Positions 16,015 through 24,923 of a stretch of DNA of 32,000 bases are shown here, in pieces (positions within the stretch are counted from its first letter, which is position 1; every line of letters begins with the position of its first letter). The stretch is from Halomicronema hongdechloris C2206. GTDB lineage: Bacteria; Cyanobacteriota; Cyanobacteriia; Phormidesmidales; Phormidesmidaceae. The notes under the pieces are model-generated. The model saw only the letters and a program-made list of their open reading frames with translations, had not been told where the DNA came from and did not search any database. The translations under genes were made by a program, and so were the position numbers. The stretch covers positions 4,710,001 through 4,742,000 of the forward strand of contig NZ_CP021983.2 in assembly GCF_002075285.3 (NCBI RefSeq), given 5' to 3'.

Positions 16015-17079
16015 ATGACAGACCCATTACGGCAACTTCAGGCAAGTGCAGGCGCAACCTTGTCCGACCAATCGGTGCCCCTCAGCTTTGGCAATGATGC
16101 TGTGGCTCTGCAGGCAGCAGAACAGGGAGCAGCCCTGGTCGATTGCTGCCATTGGGGCCGCATTCGCTTGGGGGATGCCGACCGCCTGCGGTTTCTCCAT
16201 AATCAGACCACTAACAGCTTCCAACAGCGCCAACCCGGAGAAATCTGCAATACGGTTTTCGTCACCTCCACGGCTCGCACCATCGACCTGGCCACGGCCT
16301 ACATCCTAGAGGAGGCCGTGCTGTTGCTAGTTTCCCCGGGTCAGGCCCAGCGCCTGATGGAGTGGATGGATCGCTTCATCTTCTTCGCCGACAAGGTCTC
16401 CCTCACCGATGTCACCGCTGAGACCGCGACCTTTTCCTTAGTCGGTCCCGTCAGTCAGACCCTGTTGACCAAGGTAGGAGCAGAGGTAGTTGCAGATCTA
16501 GCTCCAGGACAGCATCGACACTGCTCTTTGGGGGATCTAGACGTCCACATTGCGGCTGGTAGTGGCCTCACCTTGCCCGGTTATACCCTGATCTGCGCTA
16601 TCGACCAGGCCGCTCCCCTATGGCAGCGGCTCACCGAGGTCGGTGCCGTGCCGCTGGGAGAGCAAGAGTGGCAACACCTGCGTATTCGCCAGGGTCGTCC
16701 CATGCCCGGGGCCGAACTCAGCGATGACTATAACCCCTTAGAAGCCGGTCTCTGGTCAGCCATTGCCTTCGATAAAGGATGCTACATTGGCCAGGAGACG
16801 ATTGCCCGCCTCAATACTTATCAGGGGGTGAAGCAGCAGCTCTGGGGCCTGAAATTATCCACCCCAGAGTCTCCCGGCACCCCCATTACCGTGGAGGGCA
16901 GAAAAGTCGGGCAGCTCACTAGCGTGGTTGAGACCCCGGAAGGCCCCTTCGGCCTGGGCTATATTCGCACCAAGAGTGGCGGGGCCGGCCTGCAGGTACA
17001 GGTGGGCAACAGCGAGGCAACGGTTTTAGATATTCCCTTCGCCTCTCGCGGTTATTTGGCGGTGCAGCCCAGTGAGTAG
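16015..17079 (+). CDS. ygfZ: YgfZ/CAF17-type folate-binding protein (GcvT-like fold)
   Basis: 354 aa. It carries the signature KGCYIGQE(T)IAR and has GcvT-like N-terminal features. Confidence 0.8.
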   Translation: MTDPLRQLQASAGATLSDQSVPLSFGNDAVALQAAEQGAALVDCCHWGRIRLGDADRLRFLHNQTTNSFQQRQPGEICNTVFVTSTARTIDLATAYILEEAVLLLVSPGQAQRLMEWMDRFIFFADKVSLTDVTAETATFSLVGPVSQTLLTKVGAEVVADLAPGQHRHCSLGDLDVHIAAGSGLTLPGYTLICAIDQAAPLWQRLTEVGAVPLGEQEWQHLRIRQGRPMPGAELSDDYNPLEAGLWSAIAFDKGCYIGQETIARLNTYQGVKQQLWGLKLSTPESPGTPITVEGRKVGQLTSVVETPEGPFGLGYIRTKSGGAGLQVQVGNSEATVLDIPFASRGYLAVQPSE

Positions 17080-17120
17080 ATGGCAGAGCCTATTCACTGT
17101 AGCCCAGTCGACGCCTACTC

Positions 17121-18110
17121 TCAGCGAGGCAACAAATCATCGGACCACAGGCCCTTTTGCTCCAGCCAGGGACGGCTGTAAATGCGGGATTGGTAACGGG
17201 AACCGCTGTCGCAGAGGACGGTGACGATGGTGTGTCCCGGTCCCATTTGCTTAGCCAGGGCCACGGCTGCCCCCACATTGATGCCGACGGAGCCTCCCAT
17301 AAACAGCCCGTCTTTGTAGAGCAATTGATAGATCATGCGCAGGGCTTCTGGGTCGTCGATTTGGATGGCATCGTCGATGGGGGCTCCTTCCATGTTGGCG
17401 GTGATGCGGCTGTTGCCAATGCCCTCGGTGATGGATTTACCCTCTGTGGAGATCTTCCCGGTTTTGGCGTAGCTGTAGAGACCGCTGCCCATGGGATCGG
17501 CCACGACGCAGTGAATATTGGGATTCTTCTCTTTGAAGAACATGGCCGCACCGGCATAGGTGCCGCCAGTACCGGTAGAGGCGACCCAGGCGTCAATGGT
17601 GCCGTCGGTTTCACTCCAGATTTCCGGCCCGGTGGTCTCATAGTGGGCACGGCGATTGGCCAGGTTGTCGAACTGGTTGGCCCAAATGGCGTTGTCCATT
17701 TCCTCAGCCCAGCGGCCAGAGACTTTCACATAATTGTTGGGATCCCGGTAGGGGACGGCTGGCACCGTGCGGACCTCGGCCCCCAGGGTCCGCAGTAGGT
17801 CCATCTTTTCCTGGGATTGGGTCTCGGGAATCACGATCAAGCATCTGTAGCCCTTGGCGTTGCAAATGTGCACTAGACCAATGCCGGTGTTGCCAGCGGT
17901 GCCCTCCACCACCGTGCCGCCTGGGGCCAACAGCCCTCGCTCTTCGGCATCTTTGATGATGTAGAGGGCGGCCCGATCCTTAACGGAACCTCCCGGATTG
18001 AGAAACTCGGCCTTGCCTAAGATCTCGCAGCCTGTGGCCTCACTGAAGCTATTGAGGCGGATCAAAGGGGTGTTGCCTACCGTGCCAACGAAACCGTGCT
18101 TGATATCCAT
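17121..18110 (-). CDS. PLP-dependent cysteine synthase family protein
   Basis: 329 aa. It has GNTPLIRLN, the PLP-lysine motif NPGGSVKDR, and GTAGNTGIGL and GTGGT loops. Confidence 0.85.
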   Translation of the reverse strand: MDIKHGFVGTVGNTPLIRLNSFSEATGCEILGKAEFLNPGGSVKDRAALYIIKDAEERGLLAPGGTVVEGTAGNTGIGLVHICNAKGYRCLIVIPETQSQEKMDLLRTLGAEVRTVPAVPYRDPNNYVKVSGRWAEEMDNAIWANQFDNLANRRAHYETTGPEIWSETDGTIDAWVASTGTGGTYAGAAMFFKEKNPNIHCVVADPMGSGLYSYAKTGKISTEGKSITEGIGNSRITANMEGAPIDDAIQIDDPEALRMIYQLLYKDGLFMGGSVGINVGAAVALAKQMGPGHTIVTVLCDSGSRYQSRIYSRPWLEQKGLWSDDLLPR

Positions 18111-18335
18111 TCCCTATATCTTAATTGACTGCAATCCGGAGGTCTCCATCTCCCTATCCTAAGGGGAAATGGGCCGTCTCCTTAGATCCCAGGTTAGGGA
18201 CAGTGGCGTCGGTGTGTAGGCTGTCGACGGGCTGAAGAGCTGAGGCATCAGACTTAACGTCGATTTAATACCGCTTCGGGATGACCTGAGGCATCATCGT
18301 AGGAGCAACTTTGTTCTTTCTGGGGCAAGTGAACT

Positions 18336-19817
18336 GTGGCGGAACTCAACGGTGTCATGATGCAATGCTTCCACTGGTATATTCCCGCCGGTGGAACCCT
18401 CTGGAGCGAAGTCACACACAATGCCAAAGCCATGGCAGAGGCAGGCTTTACCGCCATGTGGCTGCCCCCGGCCTATAAAGGGTTGGGTGGCGGCTATGAC
18501 GTCGGCTATGGCGTCTATGACATGTTTGATCTGGGGGAGTTTGATCAAAAGGGATCTATCAGCACCAAGTATGGCAATCGGGCGCAATATCTGGCGGCTA
18601 TTGGTGCCCTGCATGATGTCGGCATCCAGGTCTATGGCGATGCCGTTTTGAACCACCGCATGGGAGCCGATGCTGCGGAAACTTTTAAGGCGATTCCGTT
18701 TCCCAAGGATAATCGCCTGCATCCGAAGGGGGACTTGCAAGAGATTAAGAGCTATACCCATTTCTACTTTCCCGGTCGCCAAGGGAAATACTCTAGCTTT
18801 GAATGGTACTGGTATCACTTCGATGCCGTCGATTACAACGACTACAATCCCGATGACCGCGACACGGTGTATTTGATTGAGGGGCATCAATTCGACGACT
18901 ATGTGGCCCTGGAGAAGGGAAACTATGCCTATTTGATGGGCTGCGATTTAGATTTTCAGAACGAATGGGTGCGGGGAGAAATCACCCACTGGGGTAAGTG
19001 GTATCTCGATACTACTGGGGTGGATGGCTTCCGCCTGGATGCCATCAAGCATATTTCTTCCTGGTTTTTCCCCCAGTGGATAGACGCCCTGGAGCATCAT
19101 GCCCAGAGAGACCTGTTTGTGGTGGGTGAATACTGGTACAACGATCTGGGAACCTTGCGGTGGTATATCGATGCCGTCGGCGGGCGGATGGCTGTCTTCG
19201 ATGTGCCGCTGCACTACAACTTCTACGCCGCCAGCCGGGCCGGGGGGCAGTACAACATGGCCACTATCCTGGATGGCACGTTGATGCAGACGGACTCGTT
19301 CCATGCGGTTACCTTCGTGGAGAACCATGACTCGCAGCCCCTGCAAGCCCTGGAGTCGCCGGTGGAGCCCTGGTTTAAGCCCCTGGCCTATGCCTTGATT
19401 CTGCTGCGGCAGCAGGGGTATCCCTGTGTGTTTTATGCCGATTATTACGGGGCCGACTACGAAGACTATGGCAAGGATGGCAATCGCTATCCCATCCACA
19501 TGCCCTGCCACCGCTGGATCATCGATAAGTTGCTCTATGCTCGTCGTCACTATGCCTATGGCCCTCAGTACGACTATTTCGACCACTTCAATACCATCGG
19601 CTGGACTCGCTTAGGGGATGAGGCCCATCCCCAGGGGTTAGCGGTGTTGATGAGTGATGGTCCGGAGGGGCACAAGTGGATGGAGGTGGGGCAGCCCAAT
19701 GCCAAGTTTGTGGATCTGAGCGAGCATGTCTCGGAGCCGGTCTATACTAACGAACACGGCTGGGGTGAGTTTCGCTGCCAGGGTGGCTCGGTCTCGGTAT
19801 GGGTGCAGGCCGCATAA
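18336..19817 (+). CDS. amyA: cytoplasmic alpha-amylase, GH13 (E. coli AmyA / Bacillus licheniformis type)
   Basis: 493 aa. It shows long colinear similarity to E. coli AmyA as I recall it (MQCFHWY, WLPPAYKG, FDLGEFDQKGS, GFRLDA.KHI, FV.NHD.QP, PWFKPLAYALILLR, GGSVSVWV). The start is GTG at 18336 or ATG at 18357. Confidence 0.9.
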   Translation: MAELNGVMMQCFHWYIPAGGTLWSEVTHNAKAMAEAGFTAMWLPPAYKGLGGGYDVGYGVYDMFDLGEFDQKGSISTKYGNRAQYLAAIGALHDVGIQVYGDAVLNHRMGADAAETFKAIPFPKDNRLHPKGDLQEIKSYTHFYFPGRQGKYSSFEWYWYHFDAVDYNDYNPDDRDTVYLIEGHQFDDYVALEKGNYAYLMGCDLDFQNEWVRGEITHWGKWYLDTTGVDGFRLDAIKHISSWFFPQWIDALEHHAQRDLFVVGEYWYNDLGTLRWYIDAVGGRMAVFDVPLHYNFYAASRAGGQYNMATILDGTLMQTDSFHAVTFVENHDSQPLQALESPVEPWFKPLAYALILLRQQGYPCVFYADYYGADYEDYGKDGNRYPIHMPCHRWIIDKLLYARRHYAYGPQYDYFDHFNTIGWTRLGDEAHPQGLAVLMSDGPEGHKWMEVGQPNAKFVDLSEHVSEPVYTNEHGWGEFRCQGGSVSVWVQAA

Positions 19818-19868
19818 TAGCGGGCAACTCTGGGTGGGCTCCCCGGTCTCTTTGAGTTCTGATGGGCC

Positions 19869-21179
19869 ATGTGCGATCGCAACCCTGCTGTTTTCTATGG
19901 ACCTCGCCTTACCTCCTGGCTGGTCTGGCTGGTGCAGCGATTGGCGGAACCCCTAGGGCGGCGTCTCTACTGGGTCGATCTGGTCTTGAGTCAGGCGGAT
20001 CATCAGGTGTTGGCAGCCCTAGCGCAGGAACGGGTGATTTTATTACCGAATCATCCCACCTTCCAAGATCCCATCGTCATGTTTCTGCTCTCGGCCCGCG
20101 TTAACCAAGCGTTCCATTACCTGGCTGCCCTGGAGACCTTTACCAACCCCCATGCCATGGTTTTCATGGCGGCAGATAACAGTTTCTGGCGGATCCTGCT
20201 GCGGTTGATGGATGAGCACACCTGGTGTTTTCGCAATTTTCTGCAACGGCTAGGGCTGTACTCGGTGCGGCGGGGCTTGGCAGACCGGGCCAGCATTGCC
20301 CAAACCTTGGCCCTATTGCAACAGTCCCAGACCCATCTGGTGATTTTTCCGGAGGGGGGCTGCTCGTTTCAAAACGATACGGTGATGCCCTTTCGGGCCG
20401 GGGGCATTCAGCTGGCATTTCAGGCCCTGAACCGCTGTGCCAAGCAAGACCGACCCCTACCCGATCTATATGTGCTGCCGGTGGCCATCAAGTATGTCTA
20501 TACCGAGGATATGCAGCCGGTGATCGAGGCCACGCTGCAGCGATTGGAGCAGGCTTTGGCCCTAGACGATGTGATGGTCTCCACTCCCGATGCCTATACC
20601 CGCCTGCGTCGAATCGCCGAAGCGGTCTTGGGGCGCCTAGAGCAGGAATATGACCAACACCGCCCGGAGGCTACCACCCTCTCCCTAGACGACCGCATTA
20701 CTCACCTGAAGCAAGCCGTGCTGGATGCCTGTGAAGCCCAACTGGGTCTCAGTGCTGCCCCCGAAACCCCGGTGCGAGAGCGGGTATACCGAATTCAGCA
20801 TGCCCTGCGCAACGGGTCTGACAGTGAGCCCTCAGAGCTTTTCTTTTCCCCTGAGAGCGTCGAGAAAGCGACGGCGCGGCTGCTCAACTTCGACGCCATC
20901 TGCGACGGCTACGTGGCCGCCAACCCTACGCCCGAGCGCTTTCTGGATACCCTGATTCGCCTAGAACGGGAAGTCTTCGAGATCGACCAACCCCCGCCCA
21001 AGGGCCATCGCCAAGCCATCCTCCGCCTGGGCACTCCGATCAACTTGAAAGACGCCTTCGCAGACTACTGCCAGGATCGCACCGCCACGGTGGAGCGGCT
21101 GACTAACCAAGCCCAGGCGGCCGTGCAGGCCATGCTGGATGGAGTGAATGGTGGCAAGGCGGGGAAGAGGGAAGGGTGA
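19869..21179 (+). CDS. PlsC-family acyltransferase with a long C-terminal extension
   Basis: 436 aa. It has the HX4D motif (NHPTFQDP) and FPEGG, which are the acyltransferase blocks I and III. Confidence 0.75.
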   Translation: MCDRNPAVFYGPRLTSWLVWLVQRLAEPLGRRLYWVDLVLSQADHQVLAALAQERVILLPNHPTFQDPIVMFLLSARVNQAFHYLAALETFTNPHAMVFMAADNSFWRILLRLMDEHTWCFRNFLQRLGLYSVRRGLADRASIAQTLALLQQSQTHLVIFPEGGCSFQNDTVMPFRAGGIQLAFQALNRCAKQDRPLPDLYVLPVAIKYVYTEDMQPVIEATLQRLEQALALDDVMVSTPDAYTRLRRIAEAVLGRLEQEYDQHRPEATTLSLDDRITHLKQAVLDACEAQLGLSAAPETPVRERVYRIQHALRNGSDSEPSELFFSPESVEKATARLLNFDAICDGYVAANPTPERFLDTLIRLEREVFEIDQPPPKGHRQAILRLGTPINLKDAFADYCQDRTATVERLTNQAQAAVQAMLDGVNGGKAGKREG

Positions 21180-21212
21180 AGAGGGAAGAGGGAAGAGGGA
21201 AGAGGGAAGGGG
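21161..21212 (+). repeat. Polypurine heptamer microsatellite (GAAGAGG)n
   Basis: There are four perfect GAAGAGG units at 21178-21205 with degenerate units on both sides. The only non-purine base in the tract is the T of the acyltransferase stop codon (21177-21179). Confidence 0.9.
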
Positions 21213-21682
21213 CCCGTGCGGAGCAGGGTGAAGAGCTTGCCCGGCACGCTGGTCAGTCAAGTTACAGGCGTTTTGCCAGCGACATAATACACGCAGCGGA
21301 TGCTGTGTACTCAGCGGCTCTGTGGTAGCAGTACGGTGACCGCCCTGACTGGCCGTGTTTTGGACGAAGTGATTTATAAATTCCCTACGACACTCTATGC
21401 TTGCAGCGTTACCTTGGGGCTTAGGAGAGATGCGATCGCAATCTGGGCAGGTTAGCACCAATGCACATCTCCCAAAAAGCGAAGCGATCCGCTTGCATAA
21501 AGATAATCTTCACCAGATTCGTCAACGATCCACAGACACCCAAATACATCTGCCTTTTCGTCTGGTAGCCCCCGATAAACCTTCCACGTTTCAATCTATC
21601 CATCTGCTGCGCCGGAGGCACAGATAGCAAATTGAAACGAAGGATCATCAACTCTAATCCGATCGAGTCGGAAAGGGCAGCT

Positions 21683-22492
21683 TTACTTTGCTCGGACATA
21701 CAGGGCTTTGTGAGTCCCTCCAGCGACATCCCTCTCTTCAGTCACAAATAAATCCTGCTTTGCTTTTACTAGCTGAGAAAGCTTCTTGTAGCCATATAAA
21801 CGCGAATCGAAGTCAGGTTGAAGTTTATTTAAATAACTTCCGAAAGTCCCAAGTTCAGCCCATCCTTCATCATCACTAGATTGCTCTAACGCTGTCAAAA
21901 GAAACTGTGTCGGGAAGGTTTCTTTCTTGTCTTCAGTTTTGTCTTTCTCACTGGACTTCTTATATTTCTTTGATGATTTGGATTCATCAGCATTGCCATC
22001 TAATTCACTTTCTTCAAGTGCAGGACGTAATACCTCAGTAAAAATAAATTTATGGCAGGCATTTCTAAAAGCTTCGGGCGTTTTTTGCTCTCCAAAACCG
22101 AGGACAGTCAATCCTTCCTCTCGAATTCTTACTGCTAGACCAGTAAAGTCGCTATCACTAGTCATCAAACAAAAACCGTCAAACTTACGCGTGTATAATA
22201 AGTCCATAGCATCGATAATCAAAGTGCTATCTGTTGCATTTTTCCCTATCGTATAAGCAAATTGCTGTACAGGTTTAATAGAATATTTGTGAAGTACCTT
22301 TTTCCACGAGGCGCTAGTGGGAGCGGTAAAGTCACCATAGATACGCTTTACTGTGGCCTCACCAAAACGTGCAATCTCAGCTAAGAGGCCTTCAATGACC
22401 GCCGCTTGCGCATTATCAGCATCAATCAGGACAGCAAGACGAAGGGTTGGCTTCTCTGACTCAATTTTTGCTACTAGCCTTGGAGAAGTCAT
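21683..22492 (-). CDS. NYN-domain (LabA/DUF88-like) predicted RNase with a C-terminal OST-HTH/LOTUS domain
   Basis: 269 aa. It has NYN features (LAVLIDADN, KRIYGD, GKNATDSTLIIDAMDL, F.LMTSDSDF), a Lys/Glu/Ser-rich linker, then a LOTUS-like segment (GWAELGTFGSYLNKLQPDFDSRLYGYKKLSQLV). Confidence 0.8.
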   Translation of the reverse strand: MTSPRLVAKIESEKPTLRLAVLIDADNAQAAVIEGLLAEIARFGEATVKRIYGDFTAPTSASWKKVLHKYSIKPVQQFAYTIGKNATDSTLIIDAMDLLYTRKFDGFCLMTSDSDFTGLAVRIREEGLTVLGFGEQKTPEAFRNACHKFIFTEVLRPALEESELDGNADESKSSKKYKKSSEKDKTEDKKETFPTQFLLTALEQSSDDEGWAELGTFGSYLNKLQPDFDSRLYGYKKLSQLVKAKQDLFVTEERDVAGGTHKALYVRAK

Positions 22493-22673
22493 GTCTGCCT
22501 CTCTGGTACGTGTCTTAACTGAGAGTGCCCATATGAATAGGATACGTTACGCCTTTGACCTTATCCACGATCGCAAATTCAGCTCTGCTTTCACTTCATC
22601 TTGTTGGCAGGTGGCGAGAAACTCGTAGAGTTGGTCTTTGGAGACAACGGGAAAGGTGGGGGTGCGATCGCAT

Positions 22674-23117
22674 CTAAGCGACCCGCTGAGCGATCAGGGT
22701 TTCTACCACACCCATCAGCCGTTCAATGTGTCGCCCTTGAGCCTGGGTAGTTTCGTGCTGCTGTCGTGACAGCTCAAGTTGGGAATTGAGCGATGTTTGC
22801 AGCGTCTCGAAGTTCCGTTCGATGCGATCGAATCCTCGTTCCATGCCATTTTCTAACCAAGTGATGGATTCGCTCAGACTGGCGACCTGTTCAGAGTTAG
22901 CTTCGATGGCCTGTGCAGTACGGTCTAAAGTCTGGGTGATAATCTCTACTCGAATCAGGAAACGGAGCGCCTCGTTGACGGCCTCTGCATCGGGAAACAT
23001 CTCTGCAACGTCCGGATCAAGACGCACAGTCGTACTTCCAAAGTTTTTGCGCTCTGGCCCCATCCGTCTGACTCGCAACTGCTTCAAGTCATATTCTTCT
23101 CGCAAGTCGTCTTCCAT
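22674..23117 (-). CDS. antitoxin-like N-terminal module fused to a coiled-coil C-terminal region
   Basis: 147 aa. The N-terminal roughly 55 aa (EYDLKQLRVRR....TVRLDPDVAEMFPDAEAVNEALRFLI) match a small antitoxin family common in cyanobacterial TA islands. The remainder is heptad-like (ETLQTSLNSQLELSRQQHETTQAQ). Confidence 0.6.
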   Translation of the reverse strand: MEDDLREEYDLKQLRVRRMGPERKNFGSTTVRLDPDVAEMFPDAEAVNEALRFLIRVEIITQTLDRTAQAIEANSEQVASLSESITWLENGMERGFDRIERNFETLQTSLNSQLELSRQQHETTQAQGRHIERLMGVVETLIAQRVA

Positions 23118-23119
23118 GA

Positions 23120-23344
23120 CTACCTTAATCCTTTTTCGTAAGCACCTCGTTCAAAGCGTGTGACTTCTCTGGCACTGATGAGGCGCATGGTGCCTCCTCG
23201 CCGGTCGAGTTCTTGCTTCTGGGCTTCAGTCAGGTCGGGATAGGCTTGCTGGGCGGCGGTGCTGTCCCAAATGGCTTGGACAAGGCGCATCCACTCTTCA
23301 ACGCTGAGAGCAGTAATTTCGTTGAGTGTGGTGGTAATGTCCAT
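23120..23344 (-). CDS. chimeric ORF: addiction-module antitoxin N-terminus joined to a BrnT-like toxin C-terminal remnant
   Basis: Residues 1-49 (LSVEEWMRLVQAIWDS...LTEAQKQELDRR) resemble the putative-addiction-module-component family. The tail RLISAREVTRFERGAYEK resembles the conserved C-terminus of BrnT/DUF497 toxins (IRIISAR.AT..E...YE). Confidence 0.5.
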   Translation of the reverse strand: MDITTTLNEITALSVEEWMRLVQAIWDSTAAQQAYPDLTEAQKQELDRRGGTMRLISAREVTRFERGAYEKGLR

Positions 23345-23476
23345 ACTGAAAAGTCTGGCAGGAGAACTAATGAGCCGACTTCCCCAACGATAGCAGAAGG
23401 ATTTTCAATGACTTAGCGTGAGGGAAGATCGCCATGGCAGTTTGGTCATAGCGGTGATGGAGCGATCGCAAGGACT

Positions 23477-23869
23477 TTACTGAATCGTTTCACTGCCTGC
23501 ATCCAAATCCTGTTTCATGCGCTCGATAGTCATTTTCACGGACGGAATGTAGCGATCGCAGATATCAAACACCACTTCTACATCGACATCACCATAGTGA
23601 TGGCTGAGAATATCGCGAGTGCCTTTAGCGCCTTTCCAGTCCACGTCTGGGTAAGCCGCTAAAAACTTCTTGCCGCCATACTTTTCGAGGTTTTTGATAC
23701 TTTCGCCCATCCAAATCAGCATCATAGCGATGCCGTCGAGTCTATCGAGTCCTTCATCGGTTTGAGTGAAATCCTTGGCAGATTGGATGCCTGTAAAGCG
23801 TCGCTCAATGCGATTGATGGCCTCTTCAATTTGGCGCAGCACTTCTCGCAACAGCGCAATATCAGACAT
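23477..23869 (-). CDS. hepT: HepT-like (DUF86) ribonuclease toxin
   Basis: It has the RX4HXY motif as RDILSHHY. The likely start is MSDIALL at 23869, overlapping the upstream MntA stop. The ORF is open to 23887. Confidence 0.85.
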   Translation of the reverse strand: MSDIALLREVLRQIEEAINRIERRFTGIQSAKDFTQTDEGLDRLDGIAMMLIWMGESIKNLEKYGGKKFLAAYPDVDWKGAKGTRDILSHHYGDVDVEVVFDICDRYIPSVKMTIERMKQDLDAGSETIQ

Positions 23870-24197
23870 AAATCGCCTCTTGGTCAATGCGCTGTTTTAG
23901 GAAGGCGTTCATATGAGGACGATATCGGACTAAATCAACGGAGACTTGTAGCGATTCCTGAAGGTGCTCCTTGAGATGCACCATCGAAAATAGGTCGGGC
24001 GGCATTTCGACCACAACATCAACATCGCTGGTTGCGATCGCTTCATCCCTAGCAACAGAGCCGAAGATGCCTAAACGGGTCACTCCGTAGGTTTCTACTA
24101 GCATCGGCTTGAGTTGACGCAGTGTTGACAATAGATCACTGCATTTGAATGTGTCTGTCGCCATCCCGCTATCTCCTAAAGGTAAGGAATCCGCCAA
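23862..24197 (-). CDS. mntA: MntA-type nucleotidyltransferase antitoxin
   Basis: 111 aa. It has the minimal nucleotidyltransferase motif LGIFGSVARDEA..SDVDVVVE. Confidence 0.85.
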   Translation of the reverse strand: MADSLPLGDSGMATDTFKCSDLLSTLRQLKPMLVETYGVTRLGIFGSVARDEAIATSDVDVVVEMPPDLFSMVHLKEHLQESLQVSVDLVRYRPHMNAFLKQRIDQEAIYV

Positions 24198-24299
24198 TTT
24201 CTATATCAAGGATAACTGGTGGATATGCTCACGATCGCTGGGTCAGGTGTGGTGCCGTGAGGGGGCGATCGTCCTTCTCAAGCGAGTGTTTCACCTCAA

Positions 24300-24373
24300 A
24301 TTCATACATACCGCTCTTGCAGCAGAGGTTTATTTTGGGAAAGCCACTGTTTGATTTCCGCGAGCGTTTTCAT
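24300..24373 (-). pseudogene. N-terminal stub of a second MntA-like nucleotidyltransferase
   Basis: The minus-strand ATG overlaps the stop of 24370..24585 (ATGA). It reads MKTLAEIKQWLSQNKPLLQERYV then a stop. This matches the usual N-terminus of MntA-type proteins but ends before the GS..R/D.D motif. Confidence 0.35.
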
Positions 24374-24585
24374 CTTTCCCATGAGGCGCGTTCCTGGTCA
24401 ACGTAAGCTTGGGCCTCGATGCCATGCCAGATATCTTTGCCGAGTCCCTCTAACCCCAAAATGCTGCGCTTAGGTGTTTCTGTCATGCGACGACGCACGA
24501 TCGCGGCTAGCGCTTCCAACAATTGCCACTGCTCGTCGGGCGTCAACTCTTCAACTTGGCAACAAATATCCCGATAAGTCGTCAT
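24370..24585 (-). CDS. small antitoxin-like protein of a TA island (unclassified)
   Basis: 71 aa. The C-terminal SILGLEGLGKDIWHGIEAQAYVDQERASWE motif recurs in small cyanobacterial proteins encoded upstream of toxin genes, as I recall it. Confidence 0.5.
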   Translation of the reverse strand: MTTYRDICCQVEELTPDEQWQLLEALAAIVRRRMTETPKRSILGLEGLGKDIWHGIEAQAYVDQERASWER

Positions 24586-24923
24586 CGTCTTTGCACACTA
24601 TCTGTTTCACTAATCATGGCATATGGCTGGTGAGAAATGCGATCGCCCTTACGACAGGCTAGAGCTAACACGCCTTCCCCGCTTCACCCCGATGACCTGA
24701 ATTCATCTCGCCACTTCGTAAATGCTTTGCTAACAGGTGACTTACGTGAGCAGATTTTTATCTCAGATTTTCATCTATAGATTCAGGGCAATCGCACTTA
24801 TTTTGTATCAATCGTACTTGACAGAATAGTTTGTCAACCCAGGTGTCTAGGGCTAGACAGGTCACCTGGTATCCGCGAGACTGCAAGCCTCTCTACTGTT
24901 CTACTCTCGACCCCGGCCTTCTC

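Noticed and set aside
17157-19586. Long antisense ORFs in the track (17157..17798 +, 17333..17650 -, 18294..18890 -, 18948..19586 -).
   Set aside because: They lie entirely inside the strongly supported cysteine synthase and alpha-amylase genes. They have Gly/Ala/Pro/Arg-biased, motif-free translations typical of shadow frames in GC-rich DNA.
20961-21461. 166-aa minus-strand ORF with PLPSSLFPLPSSPFPLP repeats.
   Set aside because: The repeat peptide is simply the antisense reading of the (GAAGAGG)n microsatellite. The ORF also overlaps the 3' end of the acyltransferase gene.
24818-24837. Palindrome TTGACA-N8-TGTCAA upstream of the ISAs1 fragment, considered as a promoter or operator.
   Set aside because: No convincing -10 element lies at the right spacing. 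It may equally be part of the unidentified ISAs1 terminal repeat. It cannot be resolved from this window.
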